Shown: positions 47,950-60,395, counted from the first letter of the whole stretch. The stretch: 63,649 bases of DNA, filler included, from Collodictyon triciliatum (GCA_043381765.1; 5 parts of 5 records of this genome joined end to end with filler, not necessarily neighbours in it); one strand, 5' to 3'. Numbers and translations are program-made. The notes: generated from the sequence alone by a model not told the origin.

Positions 47950-48496
47950 GTTTTTTTTTCCACCACTGAACCTATTATTGTGAACAAGTCATGTTAGGAG
48001 ATTATTGTACCATGCTAATAAAGAATGTTACGTCCAATTACAGCGAGTTTGCTTAATAATCGAATATTCAGAACGTTTTGAAGGATTTTCGCGTCGTTAG
48101 ACTCTCATTATCAATAATCCTCGTAAAAAAAAATCTTAAGATAAAAGATGTGGTATTATTACCAATATATTATAGAGGTAATAATACCACAAAANNNNNN
48201 NNNNNNNNNNNNNNNNNNNNNNNNNNNNNNNNNNNNNNNNNNNNNNNNNNNNNNNNNNNNNNNNNNNNNNNNNNNNNNNNNNNNNNNNNNNNNNNNNNNN
48301 NNNNNNNNNNNNATAGACTATAAAAGGACAAACACGCACCAATATCATTTACATGATTAAGTAATCATTTAGCAACCAATTATGAGAATAACAAAACTCT
48401 CACTGAATTTTATTAACCGATATCTCATTTCTCCATGTTCTCTCCCTGTATTTCTTTGTCTTATAATCGAATGTGTGCTACTTTCTAATCTTCCAG

Positions 48497-51458
48497 CAAC
48501 GTATTGGCCTTGAAGTTACTTGAACTTAAAGCCCAGCAGACGATCACGCATTTGAAGGAATGTCAACAGAAAATAAAAACGATTCAGTCCTTCCGTTCCC
48601 GAGCCATCCAAATAGCGCAGAAAACAATAGATTCATCAGAAGATCAGGAGATTTTTGGATCCACACGTGAAATTCCATGGGGAGTATACTATAACTCCAG
48701 CACTAACCCAACCCGCATGATGCACCTTCTGGAATGCAAAGTGCAACTCAGTAAAAAAGATTCACTTGATGCTACTCGGCGTCCATTTTCCCACACAAAA
48801 GGTTTATCTTTGATCTGTGCTCAATTTATTTCTTCGAAACTTGCTCACAACACAGCCACTTATTCATTCTCTTATCAAAACATGAATGAAAGCAGGGAGG
48901 GTATGGTTCCACTGCCGAAGGCAAAAAAATCAAGGAGGAAAAAAGCCTAAAGTGTCCCCTCTATCCCTTCATTATGAACCTGGAGCTAGATTGAATCTAT
49001 CATCGCTACTATCTTCTCAGGATATGACCGAGGTAGTAGACAGCCAATTTGCTGGGGACATTCTTCATGCAACACCCGGTCTGCTATCTCATACAAAATC
49101 AGAAAAAAAGAAATCAAAAGGACACAGTGACACCCACCAAGACAGAGATGGTAACATCACACCCCACAGCTCAATCAATCTTCATATTTTAAACTCAAGT
49201 ATGCATGAACAAATTCAAAATCAAATAAAAATAATAACCAAATAGTAACAAAATAATTGAATATGCACCAACATGAGATTAGATGAAGATGTGTCATCAG
49301 ACTCCGACTCACTTGGACGAGAGAGACCACCACGAGGCGATGGCAACGGGACACAGCCGACACGACGAGCGATTGCAAGACTGGTACTAAGGCAGCCACA
49401 GAGAGAATCTAAATCAGAACCAACTCCGATTCATCAAAAAGAGGCATACTTAGATGGACCAAATCCCAAGGAAGAATCAATTCACCACCCTCCCACCCAA
49501 GCTTATCCACTCATATTTTCACCCACAAACCAAGCCTCCATGATATCGCCTTTTCAATCGCCTTTGGGACCAAAGTCGTTGAGAATTCCTTCGTTATCAC
49601 AAGATACTTTGAAGTACATAGAAAACGCCATACAAAGCAGAATGTCTAGTTCAAACTTCAAAGACTTGTCTGAACTGTACATGGACTTGGTTAAGTCACC
49701 CATAAGCCTTCCTGGTACTGGTAATTGGTTTATTCATTTATTTTTAATTCAAATCACAAAATTCAGCAAAGTAATATGGAATGTTCAAGGGATTGTGCTT
49801 ACCTATTATTCCCTCTATCAAACTCTTGTAAAGACCTTGGACATCCGCCAACCAGCAGCACGAAAGAATCGCCACGAGCTAGGTCGACTTCGGGTTCCCA
49901 CATTCAAGCAAACACCTCCTCTGAGGAAGCATCTTTGAGGTTGAATGGCTCAAGCATGCGGTCCTCTGAGCTGTCATCTCCGATATCATCATTTGTGGCT
50001 CTTTCATCACCAGCGACAACCCCCAAGGCCCCGTCAAAGACACTGCCAAACATCGATCTAGTCTCCTCCCCAAGACTCAATCCGTCCAATGTAGGCAGCA
50101 GTAAATCCGCGAACTTATATCGACGCCGGTACCGAAAGGACGATTTCGATGTGGATAATATTGTAATGACCCCCGCGACCATTTCAAATAGCCACATTAA
50201 GTTGCTGGAATACAAGGAAATCCATGTGCCCAACTGGAAGGAGTTGAAAGATGAGGGCAAGGCGGAGAGGGAGGCGGAAGATATCAATCCTGATGTATAG
50301 TACTTTCTTTGCATACAAACTCACCGCGCAGCAATATATACACTAGTTTTGCATCATTAGTGTAGCATTATATCTCTTTTTCATGTATTGTGCTGTTCTT
50401 TCGAATAGGAAATCGAGGATATTTCTGATGTCGCATACATGAACCGGCATGTAAAGTATGAGGCTGACGAAATTAAGCGCAATGAACCCTACTTCGAAAG
50501 CAGAAAGAAAGCTGCAGATGCACAGCGGCAAAAAGAAGACATCCTGGAGACTTTGATTCAAAGCTACTGGGTGACCTCAGCGCAGACAGAAGAGACATTC
50601 GAAACATCGCCCAACCATACAGAATCCTCTTTGACAGGAGACCCATCAAAATCCAAGCACCGAAATGAGCCCGCCTGCGAAGACAAAGACTGTAACTGGC
50701 GGGAAATTGTGTCTATTGCAAGCCACTCGGGCAAGAAACGGGGGCGAGCAATCGACGACCGAGGGAATTACAAGGTTATCAAGAAAGTAATCTCGCTCGT
50801 CATGCGGAACCAATTAATAGACCCCGAGTCGGTAGACCTTCAGAGCGATGGAGATGAGCGGCCTCAGTCGCCGTCTGGAGCAAACACAGATGCGACTGGC
50901 ACGTCTTCTGGCTCTGATTCAGAGACTGACACAAGCAGATCCGAACGGGGGCAACAAGTGACGGACGAGAAGATGGCAGCCGGCCCGGCCCACGAGCCCC
51001 ACCCTCCGCTCATATTCCCCTTCTCTTTCTCGCCCACCAACGAAGCGTCCTTCACATTACCGCCATCTCTTAAGATATCCCCGGGACATTTGGCCCCCTT
51101 CTCCCTGGCGCCCACTGCCGTGCACGGCTCGAAAAGCTCCCCAACCGCAGGATTCGCTTCGCTCGCTCTCCACGCACAGCCGGCCGCACAACCAAACACT
51201 CTGCAAATAACCAACGGGAGCCAGCCGGGTGGCGGTCCCCGTGTTGTTTTGAAGACCCCGCTCCGCATCAAAACCTCAGCTGCGGCTCAGCAATCGGCAC
51301 ACACACATGCAAGTTTGTCGCCGGGCGCGGCCTTACAAAACGCGCCCCAGGCAGAACAACCGCCCTCAAACACACCGACCAAGACACAGCCTGCAGAGTC
51401 ACCCGGCCCAAGCAAGCCACGCAACATCATTGTACTTTCTCGCTCCCAAAAATCTTAG
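48497..51458 (+). CDS. KANSL1/MSL1-like PEHE-domain protein (NSL/MOF complex subunit); first exon probably in the N gap
   Basis: RRRYRKDDFDVDNIVMTPATISNSHIKLLEYKEIHVPNWKEL...|EIEDISDVAYMNRHVKYEADE matches the KANSL1 pattern FDINNIVIP..VEKLQYKEILTPSW..EDLSDAAF..H.K.E as I recall it. N-terminal coiled coil; S/P-rich disordered linkers. Confidence 0.8.
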
Positions 51459-51573
51459 AATCCCCATACAAACACCCAGAAATGCACCTGCTAAGCATGG
51501 TTTGGAATGTGGTTTTGGCTTTATTTGCTGTGTGGGCATGTTTCATTCATGGGTCGATATAGAGGATATATAT

Positions 51574-51762
51574 AAAAGAAAAAGAAAAAGAAAAAGAAAA
51601 AGAAAAAGAAAAAGAAAAAGAAAAAGAAAAAGAAAAAGAAAAAGAAAAAGAAAAAGAAAAAGAAAAAGAAAAAGAAAAAGAAAAAGAAAAAGAAAAAGAA
51701 AAAGAAAAAGAAAAAGAAAAAGAAAAAGAAAAAGAAAAAGATAGAGAAAGAAAAAGAAAAAG
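51574..51762. repeat. (AAAAAG)n hexamer repeat between convergent KANSL1-like and Roco 3' ends
   Basis: Directly visible. Confidence 0.92.
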
Positions 51763-51937
51763 AAAGCAAGAGAAAAACTGGGCGTGAGAACTCTTCCTTG
51801 AGGCAGACAGGCTCGACATTTGTGGCCTCGTTCTTAGAGTATGCAACTATCTCAAAGGGATTCGGGCGGCATTCACTGATTACAATATAGGCAAACCCAC
51901 CAACCAAATCGCGTTAGAGTTGACGTGGGCTTCGAAA

Positions 51938-54900
51938 TCATTTCCTCTCGTGGGCCACAAACTTTGTGAATACACGAGCGGCAGTCACGATCTCTTGAGC
52001 TGGAACGTTGTACCTTGACCTCACATCGGGCTGGTCGAGCTTTGATATAATATCTCCGGTCAGTTTCAGGGACTTGACCTTTGGAATATATCCCGCACAA
52101 TTGAGCACATCTTTTTTCTTGCCCATGTAATCAACCAACTCGTTATGTGACAGGTCCTTAATATTTTCTTTCTCTTTTGCGAACGACCCGGAGTCTAGCT
52201 TCTGAGAAGACAGAGTAACAAGGAAAGCGGCCTCGTTGCCTCCTACATAATAATGCTCAAACAAGCGTTGCTCCGTTAATCTGTCAAGGATGCTATCCAC
52301 TGTAGTCCAATACTCGGAGCGAAACTTCTCACCCAGGGACACACATCCATGCTCACGAATCAGCTCGACTAGCTCCCCTTTGTACATTTGGCTCAAGGGA
52401 GAGTATTTTATAGGTAGAAACTCATCAAGTTTCTCATCGCTTGAAAGCACTTTACTGCCAATAATCTCGTCGATGTAGGCCGTCACTAGCTGCAAACCAG
52501 GGCGAAATTTGTAGTTTTGCTTCCAGCAGGCTTTAATTAACCTTACGAATTCCCTTGGGGTTTGAGATGGAACATCAGGTCTTATTCCTGTGATAGTAAA
52601 GCTTTGTGGTTGAGCTTCATGTAAAAATGGTTCAATTCCAGAAAACATAAACCACACAAGCAAACCGAGGGCATAAACACTACTGACTTCCCCTCTGTGT
52701 CCGACGTTTACCGGATCATCTCCATATAAACTAATATCGTCAAGACCCGGCATACATACCACATCGTGTATTTCGGGGGCTTGCCAATTAGCTGTGCCCC
52801 CTTGTTTCCAATCTCCAAATCTTGTGGGTAAATTAGAGCCCACTCTATTTGCACTTCTTCTACTAACTATCCCAAAGTCAGCAATTTTAACAACTTCATC
52901 GACAATCATTATATTGTCTGCTTTCAAATCCTCATGATATAAATCCCGTTCTTGCAGAAACCAAAGACCTTGGCATATTTGTTTGGTATACTGGATAACT
53001 TTAAGAGGCTTCAGGCTGTACTTTTGCTTATCCATCATACGCTTGAGAGAGATTCCAGCATATTCCATAACCATAAAGAAGTCGAGGTCTTTACGATAGA
53101 CATTGAATATTCTTACAACATTTTCACAGATTGAGCATTCGGCCTGGAACTTTGTTTCCAAAATGAGCGACTCAATTACTTCACTGGTAGATAGGTCATT
53201 TGTTTTTTGTATAGTTTGTATCTTAACAACAGATTCAGTCTCATAAGTCTTTTTTGTTCGATAAACTCTTCCATACGCCCCTTTCCCAAGGTATTCGACA
53301 AGTTCGGCTTGTTCGGAGACATACAAATGAGCCAGCTGAGTATCCATGTATGAAAGTGCAGACATACCGTCACTACTTTCAAACTCTGGTTTCCGATGTT
53401 TTTTAGCACGTGATTGAAATCTATTTGATAAGCCTAATAGAAGATATCATCGAATTAATTGTTTCCCCAACAAACAACAATAGCCATGGGTATAGTTTAT
53501 ACATTTTTATATATACCATACCTTCTTCGAGAAAAACATGCCCTCTCCTCACATTTTTGATATCTAATTCGTGGCCCACAGAACACTTTGTGATTTCTGC
53601 ATTTTCATAAAGAACGGGTAGCTGAAGGAAACCCTTTGTATCTTTTGCGCGGCATTCATAGCAATCCATCCTGCAAAACTTTATAAAATTTGGTCTAATA
53701 GATGCTATTTGTTGTTTCAAAAATGTGGTGGCTCTAAAAATGTCTATGAAATGGACGTTTTCTCTCATCTGATACTTGCGTGTTGTAATAATAATTCTGT
53801 TTTCATTAATCTGGATCAAAACTCGAAGGCCGTCTCCAGCGACAAGTTTAAATCCTAAATCATCTGTATTATCTGATGTATTACCATCATCAAAGGGCAA
53901 CTGTGTGGTTAAGTGGACTAATGAAGCATTCTTGTAAAAATGGTTTTCGTATTGCACTCCAGGTTTGACATTTTTAGCCAGACGGAGCATCTGGATGATA
54001 ATATTGCTTTGATCCGAAGCCTGTATTGAATACTTTAAGAAAAGTTCCATGGATATTTCAGAAACACAATTGGATTCTACATCCTTGTTCCATATGGCCC
54101 TAATATTTTCGGTTTCTTCCATCAAAGATGGAAAAGCAACACACTCGGGGTTGAATTTGATGCCGAGGCCGAAGTGGTCAAAAATATCCAGAATGATAGA
54201 AAACACACGGTCATCGATTTCGATGCTCAATTCCTCGTTGATTTTTTGGTTCAGTTGCGAAATCAGTATGATGCCATTTGAATTCTTTCCTAATCCCTTA
54301 AAGCTAAATACACACCGAAACACATTAATCAGAAACAGGGGGTCAATAAAAACAATTCCTTTCAGTTTCTCAAAATTAGAATACCATATTATCGAGCCTA
54401 AATCATGGAGGAATTTAAGAGCTGATACAGACTTTCTTTCGTTTAATTTCAGCGATTTACTTGTATAGCCATACACCTCCTCGATGTTAATGTATTTCAT
54501 AGACAAACTGAGTTGTTCAAAATACTCTTTCAATTGAACATATGATTTAGGGATTTCTTTGTTCATGTTATCCAATTGTAGCATTCCTTGATATATTGCT
54601 TGCTTTAGTTCGGGAATGCCATCGCCCCTTTTATTACTAACTTGCAACTTGGTATTCAGGAACGTGTGCCTCTTATTTTCTGATTTTATTAATTCAATTT
54701 CCTTCTTCATCTCATCCGCGCGCTGCATAGTGATCTTATCCTTATGAGTCCCAACAATAATTATCTTGGACCCTGGTGCGAAATCATTAAGCATCCTTAC
54801 CCAGCGATCGATATTGTTTTTTCTTTTTCCCGAATCAAGTCGATACAATATCAACACAAGGGCACCTGAGGACAAGAAGAATGGATGCGTTACTTGAAAA

Positions 54901-56641
54901 TCGTCCTGTCCTCCAAAATCCCATATTTTGATGGATATCTTTGCTTGATGGGCACCTCCAAATATGGTTTCATCGACATCTACATGAGCTATTCCATCTG
55001 TTCTATCGATGTGTTCTTCCACAGTGCTTTTAAAGAAAAGGGATTTTTGGGATATTGACTTTGTGAGAGATGTTTTTCCAGCTTCTCCCTCTCCAAGCAA
55101 GAGAAGCCTTCCTTGCGTCCATCTCATAGTACCAGACGAGAGGCCAAAAAGAAAGTCAATTATTGCTTCTGATCCGTGCTTGATTACATTTTCGGGGACA
55201 TTGGTGATAGGATTTCCTTCGATGACAAGACCTCTCTTTAGGAGCTCTAAGTTGCCCATTATAGTCGGAAGTCTCTCGATCTGAGCATGGATAGAACACT
55301 CTGATTAGCCATAACGCTTCTTTTTCATGAGATTATCCATATGACACAAAATTATAGTAATGTGAAACAATAATAAAAATTGTTTTTTATTATTAAAATA
55401 AAGAAAAGAAAACTTGATTCCAACTAATATCCAGATAATGTAGATCTTCCAAGTCTGCAATATCTTGCGGTAATTGAGTTATCTAAGTGTATACAATTTA
55501 GGACTGCATTTAGTTTATAAATTGAACCATGGATTTAAAATTAACCCTATTATGTGATATATCCAGGCTCTCCATCCATTTAAACTTGAGAAGGCATGCA
55601 GGAAAATCAGAGAACTAAGTGGTTTATGAATACTATTAGGAAAAAGAGAAAGGTTATTAAACTTTACTATATGATAAAAATGTGAATACAACAACATTAT
55701 AAATTATGTTTCACTTTATTTCTGCTAAGATTGATTTTCTTTAGATTAGTCAATTGGGAGACAGAACCCTGGAGGGACGTAAGCTAAAAATAAAAAATAA
55801 ATGTGAAAAAGGGTAAAATATTTGAGATATTTATGAATTAAGAGATACTAATACCATAAAACTAATACATACGATATTCTTTTTCTATCGAAGGGGAAAA
55901 ATAGCGTAAATTTTGCAATATAGACCTTATTTAATGACATATCAATAGAGGTGAAGTAATTCCAAGTCTTTATTAAATGAGAAACTGTCACTAATTGTTC
56001 GGCACTATGGACTCTATCATACAAATCCAAAGTCCTCAATGCGTCTGATATTGTCATCTTCATTCTATTCCATTTTATTGCATTAGTCCAGCAAGGTAGA
56101 CAAGAGATACCTCGTGGACCTCGCTTAACGTGAATAACACCATCACGTTCTATGTAAAGGTATTTGAGACCGACGAGACGGGTTATACCTTCAGGGAGTA
56201 CTTCGATCTATTAAAAAAAATTCTATGAGGAAGACATGACGACAAAAAGGAATGTAAGATATAAATAAATGAAAGAGAAGAGAAAAAAAGGGAGAGAAAA
56301 ATGAAAACAAAATGAAAAAGAGTACAATTCTCTTTAAATTACTCTGCATTTTTCTTGAGACAAAAAACAAAACAAAACAAACAAACAAAACCTACCGGGT
56401 TATCTCTTATCTCCAACCCAGTAATCCTTGTCAGTAAGGAGATGGAGTTTGGCAGGGATGTTAGGTTATTCTGATTCAGGTATAGGTCGCTGAGATTAGT
56501 GAGCATTGAAAATCCAAGCGGAACTGCCGTCAGCTTCTTGCAAGAAAGACCGATCCATGTGCATTTAGCAAGACTGCCATCTCCTCCTTTCCTACGTGGG
56601 TTGAGATCTTCCAGCTCCCTCAGCTGATGCATAGCAAGCAT
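51938..56641 (-). CDS. Roco protein: LRR-ROC GTPase-COR-protein kinase (TKL-like, non-RD) with C-terminal SAM-like repeats
   Basis: LRR exons at 55.4-56.6 kb; ROC GEGEAGKTS, TDGI, WDFGGQ, VGTHKD; COR LKFLHDLGSIIW..VFIDPLFL. Intron 53434-53521 joins the two ORF-track ORFs in frame (EEG|LSNRFQ..GMSAL). Kinase LGKGAYG, HEDLKADN, DFG, APE. The true start may lie in gap 56699-57205. Confidence 0.92.
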
Positions 56642-57211
56642 TTGTACCAGCCTCCAGAAAATCGATAAGCAAACTTTCCCTTCGCCTACCGTGTAAAANN
56701 NNNNNNNNNNNNNNNNNNNNNNNNNNNNNNNNNNNNNNNNNNNNNNNNNNNNNNNNNNNNNNNNNNNNNNNNNNNNNNNNNNNNNNNNNNNNNNNNNNNN
56801 NNNNNNNNNNNNNNNNNNNNNNNNNNNNNNNNNNNNNNNNNNNNNNNNNNNNNNNNNNNNNNNNNNNNNNNNNNNNNNNNNNNNNNNNNNNNNNNNNNNN
56901 NNNNNNNNNNNNNNNNNNNNNNNNNNNNNNNNNNNNNNNNNNNNNNNNNNNNNNNNNNNNNNNNNNNNNNNNNNNNNNNNNNNNNNNNNNNNNNNNNNNN
57001 NNNNNNNNNNNNNNNNNNNNNNNNNNNNNNNNNNNNNNNNNNNNNNNNNNNNNNNNNNNNNNNNNNNNNNNNNNNNNNNNNNNNNNNNNNNNNNNNNNNN
57101 NNNNNNNNNNNNNNNNNNNNNNNNNNNNNNNNNNNNNNNNNNNNNNNNNNNNNNNNNNNNNNNNNNNNNNNNNNNNNNNNNNNNNNNNNNNNNNNNNNNN
57201 NNNNNTCCGTC

Positions 57212-59525
57212 TTAAATGGAGACAAATATATTGGCCACCGCCATGGAAAAAGCCACGAAAGGAGACAGCGGTTCTCGAAAGCCCAGGGTGAAGGTATAAG
57301 CGCCTTTCTGTCCGCACTGGAAAATAACACCTAGACAGTGGAGTTTTGTATTTTGAGCCAATGTGTATCAAATGCCATGATGCAGAATTGGTGATATAAG
57401 AAATGATTCCGTAAATAATCTGCCAATAGAAAAAAATAAAGAAAAAGAAAACAAAGACGGACAGAGAGCCTAAATTGCGAATCAGATAAGTAGATGTAAT
57501 GAACTCGTAGTATTTGAAGGCGACGACCTTTCTGTCCTTCTTCCGCTTCATTCCTCAATTGAGCATTTTTAGGAGATGGGATGACGGCCCGGCCATGAAA
57601 ATCTGGGATTGGAGACTCGCCTCCTACAGGATGGACAGGTTTGTTCACAACAATAAAATATGTTTCTCTGGTGACTGAAAATGTAACTATTAGGATAAAA
57701 AAATGATAAAAAAAAATAGCAATTACGTGAGAAACGAGGTGGAAGCGGATTTTCCAGGACTTGAGTTTTGGGTGCCGATGATGAGCGCTTTAGAAAGCGA
57801 GTGAGATTTAAGGAGCTTTCGCTCATATGGATGGGGGCTTCATTTGGGACATTGTCATTGTATAGGGCTAATTTCAGACACCTGGGAACTTTCTTCAACT
57901 AAAGATACACAAACCAGGATAGAAAAGGCAACAACACAAACGTTCAGAAATGAGCATCTACCGAAATAAAGTCGGGTTCCTACGGGAAATGATTGCTATG
58001 TAGTTTTGTGACTCACAATATACAGCGCTGCCACCTCTGATTTTGTGTATCGGCTTATTTTTTTGGATTTAGTCCCCACTTTCTTGGTGTACAAGTAGAT
58101 TTTGAATTTTGTGGCATTCATGTTTGCCCTGGTGAATCAGAAAACAATGCCCAAAAGACACACAGGTATGAAAAAGGTTTGTAATTTGATCTCAATTTGA
58201 GGGTACATTGAATAAAAGAATAAAAGAATAAAAGAATAAAAGAATAAAAGAATAAAAGAATAAAAGAATAAAAGAATAAAAGAATAAAAGAATAAAAGAA
58301 TAAAAGANNNNNNNNNNNNNNNNNNNNNNNNNNNNNNNNNNNNNNNNNNNNNNNNNNNNNNNNNNNNNNNNNNNNNNNNNNNNNNNNNNNNNNNNNNNNN
58401 NNNNNNNNNNNNNNNNNNNNNNNNNNNNNNNNNNNNNNNNNNNNNNNNNNNNNNNNNNNNNNNNNNNNNNNNNNNNNNNNNNNNNNNNNNNNNNNNNNNN
58501 NNNNNNNNNNNNNNNNNNNNNNNNNNNNNNNNNNNNNNNNNNNNNNNNNNNNNNNNNNNNNNNNNNNNNNNNNNNNNNNNNNNNNNNNNNNNNNNNNNNN
58601 NNNNNNNNNNNNNNNNNNNNNNNNNNNNNNNNNNNNNNNNNNNNNNNNNNNNNNNNNNNNNNNNNNNNNNNNNNNNNNNNNNNNNNNNNNNNNNNNNNNN
58701 NNNNNNNNNNNNNNNNNNNNNNNNNNNNNNNNNNNNNNNNNNNNNNNNNNNNNNNNNNNNNNNNNNNNNNNNNNNNNNNNNNNNNNNNNNNNNNNNNNNN
58801 NNNNNNNNNNNNNNNNNNNNNNNNNNNNNNNNNNNNNNNNNNNNNNNNNNNNNNNNNNNNNNNNNNNNNNNNNNNNNNNNNNNNNNNNNNNNNNNNNNNN
58901 NNNNNNNNNNNNNNNNNNNNNNNNNNNNNNNNNNNNNNNNNNNNNNNNNNNNNNNNNNNNNNNNNNNNNNNNNNNNNNAAAAAAAAAAAAAAAAAAAAAA
59001 AAAAACAAAAAAATAAAACAAAAAATAAAACAAAAAAATAAAACAAAAAAATAAAACAAAAAAATAAAACAAAAAAATAAAACAAAAAAATAAAACAAAA
59101 AAATAAAACAAAAAATAAAACAAAAAAATAAAACAAAAAAATAAAACAAAAAAAAATAAAACAAAAAAATAAAACAAAAAAATAAAACAAAAAATAAACA
59201 ACAAAAAACCAGAAACAAAACATACCTGGTTGAAAAGTCACCACGTTTCATTTGTGAGTAAGGAGACGAGGGTGGCGTTAGAGATGCTGTTGAAGAATAG
59301 ATGGATGAAGTTTCATTGAGTCTCGGGGTGGCCACATTGGACGCAGGGCTTGAATTTGAATATTTGGCATCATTCAAAGGATTTTCCGATGCTGCATTTT
59401 CGACTTCAGACTCTGCACCAGAATCAGATAAACTTGACTGCCTGTCTGCGAAAGATTCGTAAACTATTTGGGAATTTCCCTGCTTCCCATCGTTTTCAAT
59501 CTCAACAATAGTGCTAGCTGCGGTC
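57212..59525 (-). CDS. Divergent Tubby-like protein (TULP); 5'-truncated, part of the domain in N gap
   Basis: Spliced: ANMNATKFKIY..SEVAALYI|..VPRCLKLAL..NKPVHP..PDFHGRAVIPSPKNAQL..|VIFQCGQKGAYTFTLGFREPLSPFVAFSMAVANIF*. This follows the Tubby C-terminal consensus SN..GTKF.IY, ELAA, GPR, NF.GR....S.KNFQL, QFG....F.MD.RYPLS..QAF. S-rich N-terminal exon at 59.2-59.5 kb. Confidence 0.8.
58210..59200. repeat. (AATAAAAG)n and (AAAAAATAAAAC)n intronic repeats flanking N gap 58308-58978
   Basis: Directly visible. Confidence 0.85.
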
Positions 59526-59639
59526 CTACAAACCGAAACGAGAAACAAAAAAAAAAAACAAAAAAAAAAAAAATACCTAAAAAAAAAAAAAAAGAATTTT
59601 TTTTAATTTTTTTTAAGGTACAAAAAAAATGATTTTTTG

Positions 59640-59739
59640 NNNNNNNNNNNNNNNNNNNNNNNNNNNNNNNNNNNNNNNNNNNNTTAATTAATTAANNNNN
59701 NNNNNNNNNNNNNNNNNNNNNNNNNNNNNNNNNNNNNNN
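59640..59739. other. Artificial contig linker N44-TTAATTAATTAA-N44
   Basis: Same 100-nt linker. Confidence 0.97.
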
Positions 59740-59796
59740 AAGAGTGTGGGGGGAATCTCATTTGGTTTTATTCGATTGCATTTATTTTATTCAATA

Positions 59797-59901
59797 ACAA
59801 AACAAACAAACAAACAAACAAACAAACAAACAAACAAACAAACAAACAAACAAACAAACAAACAAACAAACAAACAAACAAACAAACAAACAAACAAACA
59901 A
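59797..59901. repeat. (CAAA)n microsatellite in acylphosphatase intron
   Basis: Directly visible. Confidence 0.92.
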
Positions 59902-59962
59902 AAAAGGCTCAAAAAAAAACAAGATAGGGGAAATGTTTGATATATATATGTAGATAGCTCAC

Positions 59963-60395
59963 ATCTTAAGCAGTTGTTCGTGCATGCCTTGAGCTGTGCC
60001 GATGACAGTTCCTCGAGCTGTGTTTTCCACAAAGCCGACCAAGTGCAGTTCAACAGCCTTCATATGGGTATATTTTCGGAAGAAGACGCCTAAGGCACAA
60101 TTCAGGGTCAGCCACGGTGCGATCTTTTCTGAGGAGTGTTTCGTTTGTTATGCACAGGAAGGAGGTGCGTGAGCGGAGACCAGTCGGAGGCAACCGGGTG
60201 CAGATCCAGATGGACAGCCACGCGGCACAGACGAGAAGCAGCAGGCGGGGCAGACAGGCATCCCAGGAGGAAAGGAGAGAGCGGAACGAGGGAACCCGAC
60301 TGACCTTGAACTTTGCCAAAGACCTCAAAGTCGAAAGACCCGAGCGAGCCGGAGGGAGGGAGGGACGAGGCGGGCGGGGATGCGCTTGATGCCAT
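59963..60395 (-). CDS. ACYP: Acylphosphatase (exons 60305-60395 and 59963-60089; last exon lost at linker)
   Basis: SFDFEVFGKVQG|VFFRKYTHMKAVELHLVGFVENTARGTVIG carries the acylphosphatase signatures GxVQGVxFR and GxVxN. Confidence 0.92.

Noticed and set aside
51938-55259. Two separate genes (kinase and ROC-COR) as shown in the ORF track
   Set aside because: An 88-nt GT-AG intron (53434-53521) joins them in frame.
56641-59548. Treating 57.2-59.5 kb as the Roco N-terminus
   Set aside because: It encodes a Tubby domain with its own TAA at 57212.
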